A DNA stretch of 64,000 nt from Burkholderiales bacterium (GCA_050246035.1 JBFWWT010000003.1:34684-98683), one strand, 5' to 3'; positions 52,978 to 62,879 are shown, numbered from the stretch's first letter. Translations and numbers: made by a program. Notes: generated by a model not told the origin, from the sequence alone.

Positions 52978-53901
52978 GTGACCGCGATCCTCGTCTTCGA
53001 GCAGGCGCTGAACGGACTGCAGTTCGGCGTGATGCTCTTCCTGATGGCCGCCGGGCTGACGCTCGTGTTCGGCATCATGAACCTGGTGAACCTGGCGCAC
53101 GGCTCGCTCTACATGGTGGGCGCCTATCTCACGGTGGCGGCCGTGCAGTGGACCGGTTCCTATCCGCTCGGCGTGCTGCTCGGCCTCCTCGGCACGCTGG
53201 TGGTCGGCATGCTCGTCGAGGTGATCGCGCTGCGCACGCTCTACGAGCGCGACCACCTCGACCAGGTGCTCGCCACCTTCGGGCTGATCCTGTTCTTCAA
53301 CGAGCTGATCGCCATCCTGTGGGGCCGCGCGGCGCTGTACACCAGCCTGCCGCAGTACCTGCAGGGATTCGTCGAGATCATCCCGGGCTCCATCTACCCC
53401 GTGTACCGCGCGCTGGTCATTGTCGTCGGCCTCGCGGTGGCCGCGATCCTCTGGTACGTGGTCACGAAGACGCGTCTCGGCATGCTGGTGCGGGCGGGCG
53501 CCTCCAACCGCACCATGGTGGCGGCCCTCGGCGTCAACATCCGCCTGCTCTACACGCTGGTCTTCGGCTTCGGCGCGGCGCTCGCCGGGCTCGCCGGCCT
53601 GATGGCGGGTCCGATTTACGCGGTGCAGCCCGGCATGGGCGAGCTGATCCTCATCCAGGTGTTCGTGGTGATCGTCATCGGCGGCATCGGCTCGATCCGC
53701 GGCGCCTTCGTCGGCGCCCTCATCGTCGGCATGGTGGACACCATGGGGCGCGCGTTCCTGAAGCCGCTGCTCGGCCACTTCATCTCGCCGCCTGCGGCCG
53801 AGGCCGCGGGCCCCGCGCTCGCCTCGATGCTCATCTACCTCCTCATGGCCGTGGTGCTCGCCGTGCGCCCCGAGGGCCTCTTCCCGGCGCGCGGGCACTG
53901 A
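52978..53901 (+). CDS. livH: branched-chain amino acid ABC transporter permease (LivH family)
   Basis: NGLQFGVMLFLMAAGLTLVFGIMNLVNLAHG and 8 TM helices. Confidence 0.85.
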   Translation: MTAILVFEQALNGLQFGVMLFLMAAGLTLVFGIMNLVNLAHGSLYMVGAYLTVAAVQWTGSYPLGVLLGLLGTLVVGMLVEVIALRTLYERDHLDQVLATFGLILFFNELIAILWGRAALYTSLPQYLQGFVEIIPGSIYPVYRALVIVVGLAVAAILWYVVTKTRLGMLVRAGASNRTMVAALGVNIRLLYTLVFGFGAALAGLAGLMAGPIYAVQPGMGELILIQVFVVIVIGGIGSIRGAFVGALIVGMVDTMGRAFLKPLLGHFISPPAAEAAGPALASMLIYLLMAVVLAVRPEGLFPARGH

Positions 53902-53902
53902 C

Positions 53903-54841
53903 ATGCGCGCGCGCACGCTCATCCTCGGACTCTGCGTGCTGCTGCTCGCGGCCGTGCCGCCGCTCGCGGCGCTCGCCGGGCAGCCCTACTACGTCGAGCT
54001 CCTGCGCCGCGTGATGATCTTCGCCATCGCCGCGACCAGCCTCAACCTGATCCTCGGCTACGGGGGACTCGTGTCCTTCGGCCACGCGGCCTATCTCGGC
54101 GTCGGCGGCTACGCGGTCGGCATCTTCGCCTTCTACGGCGTGCACAGCGGCTGGCTGCAGTGGACGGTGGCGATCGGCGCCTCGGCGCTCGTCGCGCTCG
54201 CCATCGGCGCCATCTCGGTGCGCACGCGCGGCATCTACTTCATCATGATCACGCTCGCCTTCACGCAGATGCTCTACTACCTCGGCATCTCGGTGGAGGA
54301 GTACGGCGGGGACGACGGCCTGCGCCTCAAGGTGAAGAGCCAGTTCTGGGGCCTCGTGGACCTGAACGACCCCGTGGCCTTCTACTACGTCGTGCTCGCG
54401 CTGCTGCTCGCGGTGATCTACCTCGTGCACCGGCTGGTCAACTCGCGCTTCGGCCTGGTGCTGCGCGCGGCCAAGTCGAACGAGGCGCGCACGCGCGCCA
54501 TCGGCTTCTCGCCCTACCCGTACCAGCTCGCGGCGTTCGTCATCGCCGGCGCGATCTGCGGGCTGGCGGGCGCGCTGCTCGCCAACCAGACCGCTTACAT
54601 CGCCCCGGCCTTCATGGACTGGACGCGCTCGGGCGAGATCATGTTCATGGTGATCCTCGGCGGCATGGGCACGACGCCCGGCCCCGCGCTCGGCGCCTTC
54701 GCCCTGCTCATCGTCGAGGACCTGCTCGCGGGCTGGACCGAGCACTGGCAGGTGTTCCTCGGGCCGCTGCTCGTGCTCTCGGTGCTCTTCTTCAAGCGCG
54801 GGCTCGCGGGACTGCTGCCGGGAGGCCGCAAGGATGGCTGA
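53903..54841 (+). CDS. livM: branched-chain amino acid ABC transporter permease (LivM family)
   Basis: SLNLILGYGGLVSFGHAAYLGVGGY. Confidence 0.85.
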   Translation: MRARTLILGLCVLLLAAVPPLAALAGQPYYVELLRRVMIFAIAATSLNLILGYGGLVSFGHAAYLGVGGYAVGIFAFYGVHSGWLQWTVAIGASALVALAIGAISVRTRGIYFIMITLAFTQMLYYLGISVEEYGGDDGLRLKVKSQFWGLVDLNDPVAFYYVVLALLLAVIYLVHRLVNSRFGLVLRAAKSNEARTRAIGFSPYPYQLAAFVIAGAICGLAGALLANQTAYIAPAFMDWTRSGEIMFMVILGGMGTTPGPALGAFALLIVEDLLAGWTEHWQVFLGPLLVLSVLFFKRGLAGLLPGGRKDG

Positions 54842-55583
54842 GGCGATCCTCGCCGTGCAGGGCCTGCGCAAGGCCTTCGGCGCGCTCGCCGCCACCGACG
54901 GCGTGAGCCTCGAGGTGCGCGAGGGGGAAACCCACGCCATCATCGGGCCGAACGGCGCGGGCAAGACCACGCTCATCGGCCAGCTCGCGGGCAACCTGCG
55001 CCCCGACGCCGGCAGCATCCGCTTCGCCGGCGAGGACGTGACGCGCCTCGGCGCGCCGCAGCGCGCGAAGCGGGGCTTCGCGCGCTCCTTCCAGATCACG
55101 AGCATCTATCGCGACTTCACGGCCCTGGACAACGTGGCGCTCGCGGTGCAGGCGCATGCCGGGCACAGCTTCCGCTTCTGGCGCCCCGCGCGCGAAGAGC
55201 GCGCGCTGCGCGAGCCGGCGCGGCGCGTGCTGGAGGAAGTGGGCCTGGGCGCGCGCGCCGACGTGCTGGCGGCGAACCTCTCGCACGGCGAGCAGCGGCA
55301 GCTCGAGGTGGCGATGGCGCTCGCCACGCGCCCGCGCCTGCTGCTCCTCGACGAGCCGGTCGCGGGCATGGGTCTGGAGGAGTCCCAGCGCATGGTGCAG
55401 TTCCTCGCCGGCCTCAAGGGCCGGCAAACCATGATCCTCGTCGAGCACGACATGGACGCCGTCTTCACGCTCGCCGACCGCATCTCGGTGCTGGTCTACG
55501 GCCGCATCATCGCGAGCGGCGCCCCCGACGAGGTGCGCGGCAACCCCGAAGTGCGCCGCGCCTATCTCGGGGAGGAGTCGTGA
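54834..55583 (+). CDS. livG: branched-chain amino acid ABC transporter ATP-binding protein (LivG family)
   Basis: GPNGAGKTT, LSHGEQRQLEVAMAL and LLLLDEP. Confidence 0.9.
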   Translation: MAEAILAVQGLRKAFGALAATDGVSLEVREGETHAIIGPNGAGKTTLIGQLAGNLRPDAGSIRFAGEDVTRLGAPQRAKRGFARSFQITSIYRDFTALDNVALAVQAHAGHSFRFWRPAREERALREPARRVLEEVGLGARADVLAANLSHGEQRQLEVAMALATRPRLLLLDEPVAGMGLEESQRMVQFLAGLKGRQTMILVEHDMDAVFTLADRISVLVYGRIIASGAPDEVRGNPEVRRAYLGEES

Positions 55584-56284
55584 TGCTGAAGGTCGAAGGC
55601 CTCGAGACCGCCTACGGCCTGTCGCAGGTGCTCTTCGGCGTGTCGCTCGAGATCGCCGAGGGCGAGGTGGTGACGCTGCTCGGCCGCAACGGCATGGGCA
55701 AGACCACCACGGTGCTCTCCATCATGGGCGTCGTGCGCCCGCGGGGCGGCCGCGTCGAGATGGGCGGCGCGCCGATCGCGGGACTGCCTTCGTTCCGCGT
55801 GGCGAAGGCGGGACTCGGTCTGGTGCCCGAGGGCCGCCAGATTTTCCCCAATCTCACGGTGCGCGAGAACCTCGTCGCCACCGCCGCCAACCGCCGCGGC
55901 GCGGCCGCGCCCTGGACGCTGGAGCGGGTGTTCCGGCTTTTCCCGAGCCTGGAAGAGCGCCAGCGCCACTTCGGCAACCAGCTCTCGGGCGGCGAGCAGC
56001 AGATGCTCGCCATCGGCCGGGCGCTGATGACCAACCCGCGCCTGCTCATCCTCGACGAGGCGACCGAGGGCCTCGCGCCGCTCGTGCGCGGCGACATCTA
56101 CCGCTCGATCGAGCAGCTGAAGGGCGAAGGGCTCTCGATCCTCGTCATCGACAAGGACGTGCGCGCGCTCACGCGCATCGCCGACCGGCACTACGTGCTG
56201 GAGAAGGGCCGCGTGGTGTGGAGCGGCGGCTCGGGCGAGCTCGCCGCCGCCGCGGACGTGCAGCACCGCCATCTCGGAGTATAG
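55580..56284 (+). CDS. livF: branched-chain amino acid ABC transporter ATP-binding protein (LivF family)
   Basis: GRNGMGKTT, LSGGEQQMLAIGRAL and LLILDEAT. Confidence 0.9.
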   Translation: MMLKVEGLETAYGLSQVLFGVSLEIAEGEVVTLLGRNGMGKTTTVLSIMGVVRPRGGRVEMGGAPIAGLPSFRVAKAGLGLVPEGRQIFPNLTVRENLVATAANRRGAAAPWTLERVFRLFPSLEERQRHFGNQLSGGEQQMLAIGRALMTNPRLLILDEATEGLAPLVRGDIYRSIEQLKGEGLSILVIDKDVRALTRIADRHYVLEKGRVVWSGGSGELAAAADVQHRHLGV

Positions 56285-56291
56285 GAAGCGC

Positions 56292-57608
56292 ATGATCAGC
56301 ACCGAGCAGAACGAACGCATGACGCGCGTCGGCCCCGGCACGCCCGCCGGGACGCTGCTGCGCAACTACTGGCAGCCGGTCGCGCTCGCCGACGAGTTCG
56401 ACGGCAAGCGCGACGTGAAGCCAGTGACGCTGCTCGGCGAGCATTTCGTCCTCTTTCGCGACGAGCGCGGCCGCTACGGGCTGCTCGGCCGGCACTGCCC
56501 GCACCGGCAAGCCGACCTCGCCTACGGTCGCCTGGAGGACGGGGGCCTGCGCTGCGCGTTCCACGGCTGGCTGTTCGACGTCGAGGGCAGGTGCCTGGAG
56601 ACGCCGGCCGAGCCCGCCGGCAGCCGCCTGTGCGAGCACATCCGGCAGCGCTCCCACCCCGTCGTCGAGAAGAGCGGGATCCTCTTCGCCTGGCTCGGGG
56701 CGGGCGCGCCCTCGGCCTTTCCGCATTTCGACTGCTTCACGGCGCCCGACTCGCACACCTTCGCCTTCAAGGGCTACTGGGACTGCAACTGGCTGCAGGC
56801 GCTCGAAGTGGGCATCGACCCGGCGCACGCCTCGTTCCTGCACCGCTACTTCGAGGACGAGGATCCCGCGGCGAGCTACGGCAAGCAGTTCCGCGGCCGG
56901 CCCTCGGACTCCGACCTGCCGATCACCAAGGTGCTGCGCGAGTACGACCGTCCCGAGATCACGGTCGCGCGCACCGACTACGGCATCCGCCTCGTCACCT
57001 TGCGGAAGATCGACGAGCAGAAGACGCACGGGCGCGCGACGCACATCCTCTTCCCGCAAGCCTTCGTCATCCCGATGAACGCCGAGATGACGATCACGCA
57101 GTGGCACGTGCCGACCGACGACCGGGGCTGCTACTGGTACTCGATCTTCACCAGCTTCACCGCGCCGGTGGACAAGAAGACCATGCGCGAGCAGCGCCTG
57201 AAGACCTACCCCGCCCCCGAGTACCGCCCGATCCACGGCCGCCACGACGGCTGGGGCTTCGACGCCGACGAGCAGCGCACGAAGACCTACACGGGCATGG
57301 GCTTCGACATCAACATCCACGACCAGTGGGCCTGTGAGTCGCCGGGGCCGATCGCCGACCGCACGAAGGAAAGTCTCGGCACGACCGACAAGGGCATCGT
57401 GCTCTACCGGCGGCTCCTCGTGGACGCGATCCAGAAGGCGGCGAAAGGCGAGCGCACGCTCATGATGCTCGATGCCACGCAAGCCGCGGCGCTCACGGGG
57501 CCGCCCGCCGTGGACGGCATCGGCCCGACCGGGCGCTGGGACGAGTACTACCGCGAGGCCGACTCGGCGCGCCGCGACCACGCCCCCTGGGCGGCGAAGG
57601 CGGCATGA
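56292..57608 (+). CDS. Rieske [2Fe-2S] non-haem-iron oxygenase alpha subunit (alpha-only, phthalate-family-like)
   Basis: CPHRQADL..CAFHGWLF Rieske motif and a C-terminal catalytic domain with DPAHASFLH. Confidence 0.85.
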   Translation: MISTEQNERMTRVGPGTPAGTLLRNYWQPVALADEFDGKRDVKPVTLLGEHFVLFRDERGRYGLLGRHCPHRQADLAYGRLEDGGLRCAFHGWLFDVEGRCLETPAEPAGSRLCEHIRQRSHPVVEKSGILFAWLGAGAPSAFPHFDCFTAPDSHTFAFKGYWDCNWLQALEVGIDPAHASFLHRYFEDEDPAASYGKQFRGRPSDSDLPITKVLREYDRPEITVARTDYGIRLVTLRKIDEQKTHGRATHILFPQAFVIPMNAEMTITQWHVPTDDRGCYWYSIFTSFTAPVDKKTMREQRLKTYPAPEYRPIHGRHDGWGFDADEQRTKTYTGMGFDINIHDQWACESPGPIADRTKESLGTTDKGIVLYRRLLVDAIQKAAKGERTLMMLDATQAAALTGPPAVDGIGPTGRWDEYYREADSARRDHAPWAAKAA

Positions 57609-58981
57609 CGGACCTGGTGAAGGAAGTCGCCGCCTGCGGCGTCGAGGCGGTGCGCTTCGCGTTCGCCGACCAGCACGGGCTGCTGCGCGCCAAGACCATC
57701 GCGGTCCCCGAGCTCCCGGGGGCACTGGCGAACGGCCTCGGCTTCCCGAGCTCGCTGCTCGCCAAGGACACCTCCAACAAGACCGTCTTCCCGGTGTTCA
57801 CGGCGGGCGCGGGCTTCGGCATGCCCGAGCTCGAGGGCGCTGCGGACGCCGTCATGGTGCCCGACCCGACCACGTTCCGCGTGCTTCCCTGGGTGCCGAG
57901 GACCGGCTGGGTGCTGTGCGACCTGAAGTTCGCAAACGGCAAGCCCGTGCCCTTCGACACGCGCGCGCTGCTGAAGAAGGCGCTCGCCGATCTCGCCGCC
58001 GCGGGCTACGGCTACCGCGCGGGCCTGGAGATCGAGTTCCACGTGTTCCGCCTGCTGGATGCGAAGCTGCGCCCGGAGGACGCGGGCCAGCCGGGCTCTC
58101 CGCCCGAGGTCGGGTTGCTCACCTCGGGCTACCAGCTCCTGTCGGAGACGCGCCACGACCAGCTCGAGCCCGCGCTCGACGCGCTGCGCCGCGGGCTGGA
58201 AGGATTGCGGCTGCCGCTGCGCAGCTTCGAGTGCGAGTTCGGGCCGAGCCAGGCCGAGGTGACCCTCGGCGTGCAGGACGGGCTCGAGGCGGCGGACGCC
58301 ATGGTGCTGTTCAGGAGCGCGGCGAAGCAGATCCTGCGCCGCCACGGCTACCACGCCACGTTCATGTGCCGGCCGAAGCTGCCCAACGTCATGTCCTCCG
58401 GCTGGCACCTGCACCAGTCGCTCGTCGACCGGCGCGGGGCGAACGCCTTCGTGTCGGAGAAGGCTTTCCTCTCCGATCTCGGCAAGCACTTCCTTGCCGG
58501 CCTGCTGGCGCACGCGAGCGCGTCCGCCGCCTTTGCGACGCCGACCCTGAACGGCTACAAGCGCTACCGGCCCTACTCTCTCGCCCCCGAGCGGGCGATC
58601 TGGGGCCGCGACAACCGCGGGGCCATGCTGCGCGTGCTGGGCGGCCCCGGCGACCCCGCCACGCGCATCGAGAACCGCATCGGCGAGCCGGCGGCCAACC
58701 CCTACCTCTATTTCGCTTCGCAGATCCATTGCGGCCTGGACGGCGTGCGGCGCAAGCTCGATCCGGGCGAGCCCGAGCAGCGGCCCTACGAGTCGAAGGC
58801 GCCCGCGCTGCCCCGCTCGCTGGAGGAGGCGATCGCGGCCCTCAGAGCGAACGAGACCCTGAAGTCCGGCCTCGGCCCGGCGTTCGTGGACTACTATTGC
58901 AGGATCAAGGAGGCCGAGATCGCGCGCTTCAACCTCGAGGTCACCGACTGGGAGCACCGCGAGTACTTCGATCTTTATTAG
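57605..58981 (+). CDS. glutamine synthetase family protein (gamma-glutamyl-amine ligase-like)
   Basis: ATGA overlap with the Rieske gene. GLEIEFHVF, ECEFGPSQAEV, SSGWHLHQSL, NGYKRY and RIENRIGEPAANPYL. Confidence 0.85.
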   Translation: MTDLVKEVAACGVEAVRFAFADQHGLLRAKTIAVPELPGALANGLGFPSSLLAKDTSNKTVFPVFTAGAGFGMPELEGAADAVMVPDPTTFRVLPWVPRTGWVLCDLKFANGKPVPFDTRALLKKALADLAAAGYGYRAGLEIEFHVFRLLDAKLRPEDAGQPGSPPEVGLLTSGYQLLSETRHDQLEPALDALRRGLEGLRLPLRSFECEFGPSQAEVTLGVQDGLEAADAMVLFRSAAKQILRRHGYHATFMCRPKLPNVMSSGWHLHQSLVDRRGANAFVSEKAFLSDLGKHFLAGLLAHASASAAFATPTLNGYKRYRPYSLAPERAIWGRDNRGAMLRVLGGPGDPATRIENRIGEPAANPYLYFASQIHCGLDGVRRKLDPGEPEQRPYESKAPALPRSLEEAIAALRANETLKSGLGPAFVDYYCRIKEAEIARFNLEVTDWEHREYFDLY

Positions 58982-58997
58982 GGACTGTCCCCAATAA
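58975..58997. repeat. minimal 'ends-only' copy of the repeat family
   Basis: TTATTAGGGACTGTCCCCAATAA consists of the two outer repeat termini joined back to back. The GS-like TAG stop (58979-81) lies inside it. Confidence 0.5.
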
Positions 58998-59000
58998 GCC

Positions 59001-59708
59001 ATGCAAGACCTCACCCCCACCGGCAAGCTGCGCGTCGGCGTCAACTGCAGCAATTTCCTCCTCGTGCAGCGCAATCCGGACGGCACGGCGCGCGGCATCG
59101 TCCCCGACCTCGCCCACGAGATCGGCCAGCGCATCGCCGCGCCAGTCGAGCTCGTGCTCTACGAGAAGGTCGGCGACGTCGCCGACGGCGGCAAGGCGGG
59201 CGCCTGGGACGTCGCCTTCATCGGCGCCGAGCCTCAGCGCGCGCAGGACATCGACTTCACCGAGCCCTACGTGGAGATCGAGGCCACCTACCTCGTGCCG
59301 CCGGGCTCCGCCATCCGCACGATCGACGAAGTCGACCGAAAGGGCGTGCGCATCGCGGTGGCGGACCGCAGCGCCTACGACCTCTGGCTCACGCGCAACA
59401 TCAAGCACGCCGAGCTGCGGCGCGTGGAGGGCCTGAACGCCTCGTTCGAGCTCTTCGTGCGCGAGAAGCTCGAGGTCCTCGCCGGCCTCAAGCCCAAGCT
59501 CCTCGAGGACGCGGCGAAACTCCCCGGCGCGCGCATCCTGGAGGGCCGCTTCACCGCCGTGCAGCAGGCGATCGGCACGCCCAAGGGCCGGCCCGAGGGC
59601 TACGCCTTCCTGCGCGGCTTCGCCGCCGACATCAAGGCGAGCGGGCTGGTGGCGCGGCTGATCGAGCGCCACGGCATCAAGGGCCTTTCGGTGGCAGGGC
59701 CCGCCTAG
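59001..59708 (+). CDS. type-3 periplasmic-binding-protein-fold protein lacking a signal peptide
   Basis: KLRVGVN.., ARGIVPDLAHEIG, IDFTEPY and AVQQAIGTPKG. The N-terminus MQDLTPTG has no hydrophobic leader. Confidence 0.7.
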   Translation: MQDLTPTGKLRVGVNCSNFLLVQRNPDGTARGIVPDLAHEIGQRIAAPVELVLYEKVGDVADGGKAGAWDVAFIGAEPQRAQDIDFTEPYVEIEATYLVPPGSAIRTIDEVDRKGVRIAVADRSAYDLWLTRNIKHAELRRVEGLNASFELFVREKLEVLAGLKPKLLEDAAKLPGARILEGRFTAVQQAIGTPKGRPEGYAFLRGFAADIKASGLVARLIERHGIKGLSVAGPA

Positions 59709-59721
59709 GCTGCACGGCGCC

Positions 59722-60411
59722 ATGGGCCGGCTCGTCTATCGGTTCGAGTTTCCCGACGGACGCACGGAGTCGCTCGACGCCGCGGCCCCGCCGCCGCAGC
59801 AATCGCTACCCGAATGGACGGCGCTGGGCTTCCACCAGTGCGCCAACTGCCCGCTCACCCCCGCGCGGGCCGAGCGCTGTCCGATGGCGGTGCGGCTCGT
59901 GCCCCTGGTCACGCTGTTCGAGAAGGTGCGCTCCTACGACGACGTCACCGCGCAGGTGGAGTCCGAGGAGCGCACGGTCACCAAGCGCACCAGCGTGCAG
60001 AAAGTGCTGCGCTCGCTCATGGGGCTGCTCTCGGCGAGCAGCGACTGCCCGCGCATCGAGTTTCTCAAGCCCATGGCGCACTACCACCTGCCCTTCTCGA
60101 GCAGCGAGGAGACCATCTATCGCGTCGTCTCGACCTACCTCCTCGCGCAGCACTTCCTGCGCCAGCAGGGCAAGGCGGCCGATGCGGGCCTGGATGGGCT
60201 GAAGGCCTATTACCACGAGCTGCAGCAGGTGAACCAGGGGATGGCCGCGCGCCTGGGCGCCATCCGCGACACGCAGGGCGACAGCAGCGTGAACGCGCTC
60301 GTGCTGCTCGATCTTTTCGCGCAGTCGCTGCCGGACTCGATCGACGCGCAGCTGGAGGAGCTCAGGCCCGCTTTCCAGGAATTCCTGGCCAAGCACTACG
60401 GCGACACCTAG
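59722..60411 (+). CDS. hypothetical Cys-containing protein
   Basis: 229 aa with HQCANCPLTPARAERCP and SSDCP. No family recognised. GC3 is coding-like. Confidence 0.6.
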   Translation: MGRLVYRFEFPDGRTESLDAAAPPPQQSLPEWTALGFHQCANCPLTPARAERCPMAVRLVPLVTLFEKVRSYDDVTAQVESEERTVTKRTSVQKVLRSLMGLLSASSDCPRIEFLKPMAHYHLPFSSSEETIYRVVSTYLLAQHFLRQQGKAADAGLDGLKAYYHELQQVNQGMAARLGAIRDTQGDSSVNALVLLDLFAQSLPDSIDAQLEELRPAFQEFLAKHYGDT

Positions 60412-61019
60412 CCCTCGACGGGCAGCACCTCGATCGCGTATTCGTGGCGCAGCTTGCGCCCGAGCACCGGGTCCTCGAGCTCCATGGCGAACCGCTTCGC
60501 CGGGCGGATGCCGCCCTTGGCCGCGAGCGTGCCGCAGAACATCGCCATGCCGGGCCTGAGGCTTCCATACCGGTGCATCAGGTCCTCGGGCGAGCGCATC
60601 GCCGTGACCGGCCCTTCCTGGTAGAGCGCGCCGTCGGCCCAGGCGCGCAGCACCAGGCGCTCCCAGTGCGGCTTCACCTCGTCGTGGCGCCAGGATTCCG
60701 CCGACACGGGCTTCGCGCACAGCTGCTTGGAGAGGCTCACGCCGATCGTCTCGGCCTTGCGGTCGGTATGGTCCGAGCCCACCGCGACGCGCAGGCCGTC
60801 GGGCGCGGCGATGAGCACGAACTCCACCTCCCCGCTCGTGTCGGGCCCGGACACCTGGATGGCGTCGGCGTGCGTGAACAGGCTCGCCGCGACGCGGTAG
60901 AAGATCGGCGTCGTCTTCGGCGGCTTGACCCCGATGTCCTCCAGTTCCCGGATGTGGCGGCGCAGCGCCACCTCGTCGCGCCCGGTCCAGCCCGCGATCA
61001 CCAGCTCGCGCACCGCCAT
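60408..61019 (-). CDS. DUF2848-like protein
   Basis: MAVRELVIAGWTGRDEVALRRHIRELEDIGVKPP and GSDHTDRK. TGATG coupling to the upstream HpaB-family gene. Confidence 0.65.
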   Translation of the reverse strand: MAVRELVIAGWTGRDEVALRRHIRELEDIGVKPPKTTPIFYRVAASLFTHADAIQVSGPDTSGEVEFVLIAAPDGLRVAVGSDHTDRKAETIGVSLSKQLCAKPVSAESWRHDEVKPHWERLVLRAWADGALYQEGPVTAMRSPEDLMHRYGSLRPGMAMFCGTLAAKGGIRPAKRFAMELEDPVLGRKLRHEYAIEVLPVEG

Positions 61020-62476
61020 CAGGCGACCTTGCGCGCGCCAGAGGCCTCGGGCACGCCGTAGCCGGCCATCAGGTCGTCCACGACCTTGTGATAGCCCTCC
61101 CAGGGCGCCTCGCGGAAATTGTGGTTGCGCACGATGAACGAAGCCCCCGCGTAGAACTTCTCGTACTGCAGGTGCCGCCCCGCGAACTCCGAGCCGATGA
61201 GGTCCCAGGCGAGCTTGTAGAGCTTCATGCGCTCGAGCGCGGGCATCTGCGGCGTCTGCCAGTAGGTCTCGAACTGGGCCTTGAGCTTCTCGTCGTGCAT
61301 CACGGTGACGTCGGCGGGCATCTGGAAGATGCCGCCGCCGCAGAGCTCCCGCAGCGTCTCGATGATCGCCGAGTGGTTCTCGGTGCACCAGTTGAGCGCC
61401 GCGTACATGTAGCGCCGGTTGAAGGTTCTGAAGCCGGCCGGCCAGTCCTCGGCGTCCTGGATCTGCCCGGCGATCATGCCGCCGAGCGTCGCCTCGAGCG
61501 CGCACAGGCGCCCGAGCACCTCGCGCACCGCCGGAATCTCGTTCGCGCCCGAGGCCTGCGCGATGCGGCTCGCGAGGCCGACGATGAGCTGCATCTTCGA
61601 GTGGAAGCGCACGTTCGACTGGTGGTTGCCGTAGCAGTGCGCGGGCGTCTTGATGTAGATGTCGCGCGCCAGCACCGCGTCCATGTGCACGAACACCCGC
61701 TCCCAGGGCACCTTGACGTTCTCGCACATCACCATCGAGTCCGACTCGTCGAAGCGCCAGGCGAGCGGGTTGTCGAACTCGTTCGGCGCGTGCAGCTCGA
61801 AGGGCTTGCGCGACCACAGCGTCAGTCCCGGCGCGTTCACCGGCACGGCGCAGGTGATCGACTCGGGCAGCTGGTTGGGCGCGAGCGGGATCAGGTTGCC
61901 GATCCAGATCTCGTTGGCGAAGACGGCCCCGGTGGCGAGCATCTTCATGCCCGAGATCACCACGCCGTCGTCGTCCTCGCGCACCACGCGCAGCGTCGGG
62001 ATCGGCAGGTTCTGCTTCACGTAGAACTCGGGATTGCGCGCGGCCTGCGGCGGGATCACCGCGTACACGCCGTAGACGTCCTCCTTCCTCATGTGCTCGT
62101 AGTAGCGCACGAGGTTGTCGGCGAACTTGCCGAACACGCCCGGATTGGTCGCCATGCCGGTGACGAAGCTCGAGACGTGGTCGGGCGAGCGGCCGAGCAG
62201 GCCGTGGCTCAGGTCGGCGATCGCGCGGTGCAGGCGGGTGCGCTGCTCGAGGTCCGCCTTCGTCTTCGCGCGCAGGAAGTACGCGCTGTAGCGCTCGCCG
62301 CCCTCTTCGAAGCTGAAGTCCGGATCTGCCGCCTTGAGATCGTAGATCGCCGCCATCGAGCGCGCACCGTTGCGAAACGCCGGGTGCGTGGTGACGTCGT
62401 CCACCCGCTCGCCGCCGACGTACACGACGCGCCCGTCGCGCAGGGACTTCAGGTGCTCGGCTCCCGTCTTCAGCAT
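61019..62476 (-). CDS. 4-hydroxyphenylacetate 3-hydroxylase (HpaB) family flavin-dependent oxygenase component
   Basis: MLKTGAEHLKSLRDGRVVYVGGERVDDVTTHPAF and 485 aa. The track ORF start was trimmed to ATG 62476. Confidence 0.85.
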   Translation of the reverse strand: MLKTGAEHLKSLRDGRVVYVGGERVDDVTTHPAFRNGARSMAAIYDLKAADPDFSFEEGGERYSAYFLRAKTKADLEQRTRLHRAIADLSHGLLGRSPDHVSSFVTGMATNPGVFGKFADNLVRYYEHMRKEDVYGVYAVIPPQAARNPEFYVKQNLPIPTLRVVREDDDGVVISGMKMLATGAVFANEIWIGNLIPLAPNQLPESITCAVPVNAPGLTLWSRKPFELHAPNEFDNPLAWRFDESDSMVMCENVKVPWERVFVHMDAVLARDIYIKTPAHCYGNHQSNVRFHSKMQLIVGLASRIAQASGANEIPAVREVLGRLCALEATLGGMIAGQIQDAEDWPAGFRTFNRRYMYAALNWCTENHSAIIETLRELCGGGIFQMPADVTVMHDEKLKAQFETYWQTPQMPALERMKLYKLAWDLIGSEFAGRHLQYEKFYAGASFIVRNHNFREAPWEGYHKVVDDLMAGYGVPEASGARKVA

Positions 62477-62486
62477 GACGCCCTCC

Positions 62487-62879
62487 TCACCTCGGCCTGC
62501 CGCTGGTTTCGTAGTAGTGGATCTCGTACAGCAGGCAGCCGTCCTTGCTCGAGAAGGGCCCGTGGTGCACGCCGGGCGGGCGGCAGGCATAGGTGAAGGC
62601 CTGCGAGGACTGCCCCCCGCGACCCTGCGCGTCGTTGCCGACGACCAGGTCGCCCTGCACGAGGAACACCTCCTCCCAGTGGTCGTGCACGAACGGCGCC
62701 GTGGAGTAAGCCCCGGGCGCGATCTTCAGCAGGCGCGTGCGGCTGCCGCGCTTGGCGCTCTCGTCGATGTCGGAGGCGAGGATCTTCTGCGTGAAGCCCG
62801 GAGGATAGCCGGGCGGAGTTTCCCAGCCCTTCTCCAGGTCTACGCCGACGAACTCCAGGTGGGGCTTCGGGCTGCTCAT
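62487..62879 (-). CDS. cupin domain-containing protein
   Basis: 130 aa with FVHDHWEEVFLVQGDLV and PPGVHHGPF. SD GAGGAAAG. Confidence 0.75.
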   Translation of the reverse strand: MSSPKPHLEFVGVDLEKGWETPPGYPPGFTQKILASDIDESAKRGSRTRLLKIAPGAYSTAPFVHDHWEEVFLVQGDLVVGNDAQGRGGQSSQAFTYACRPPGVHHGPFSSKDGCLLYEIHYYETSGRPR

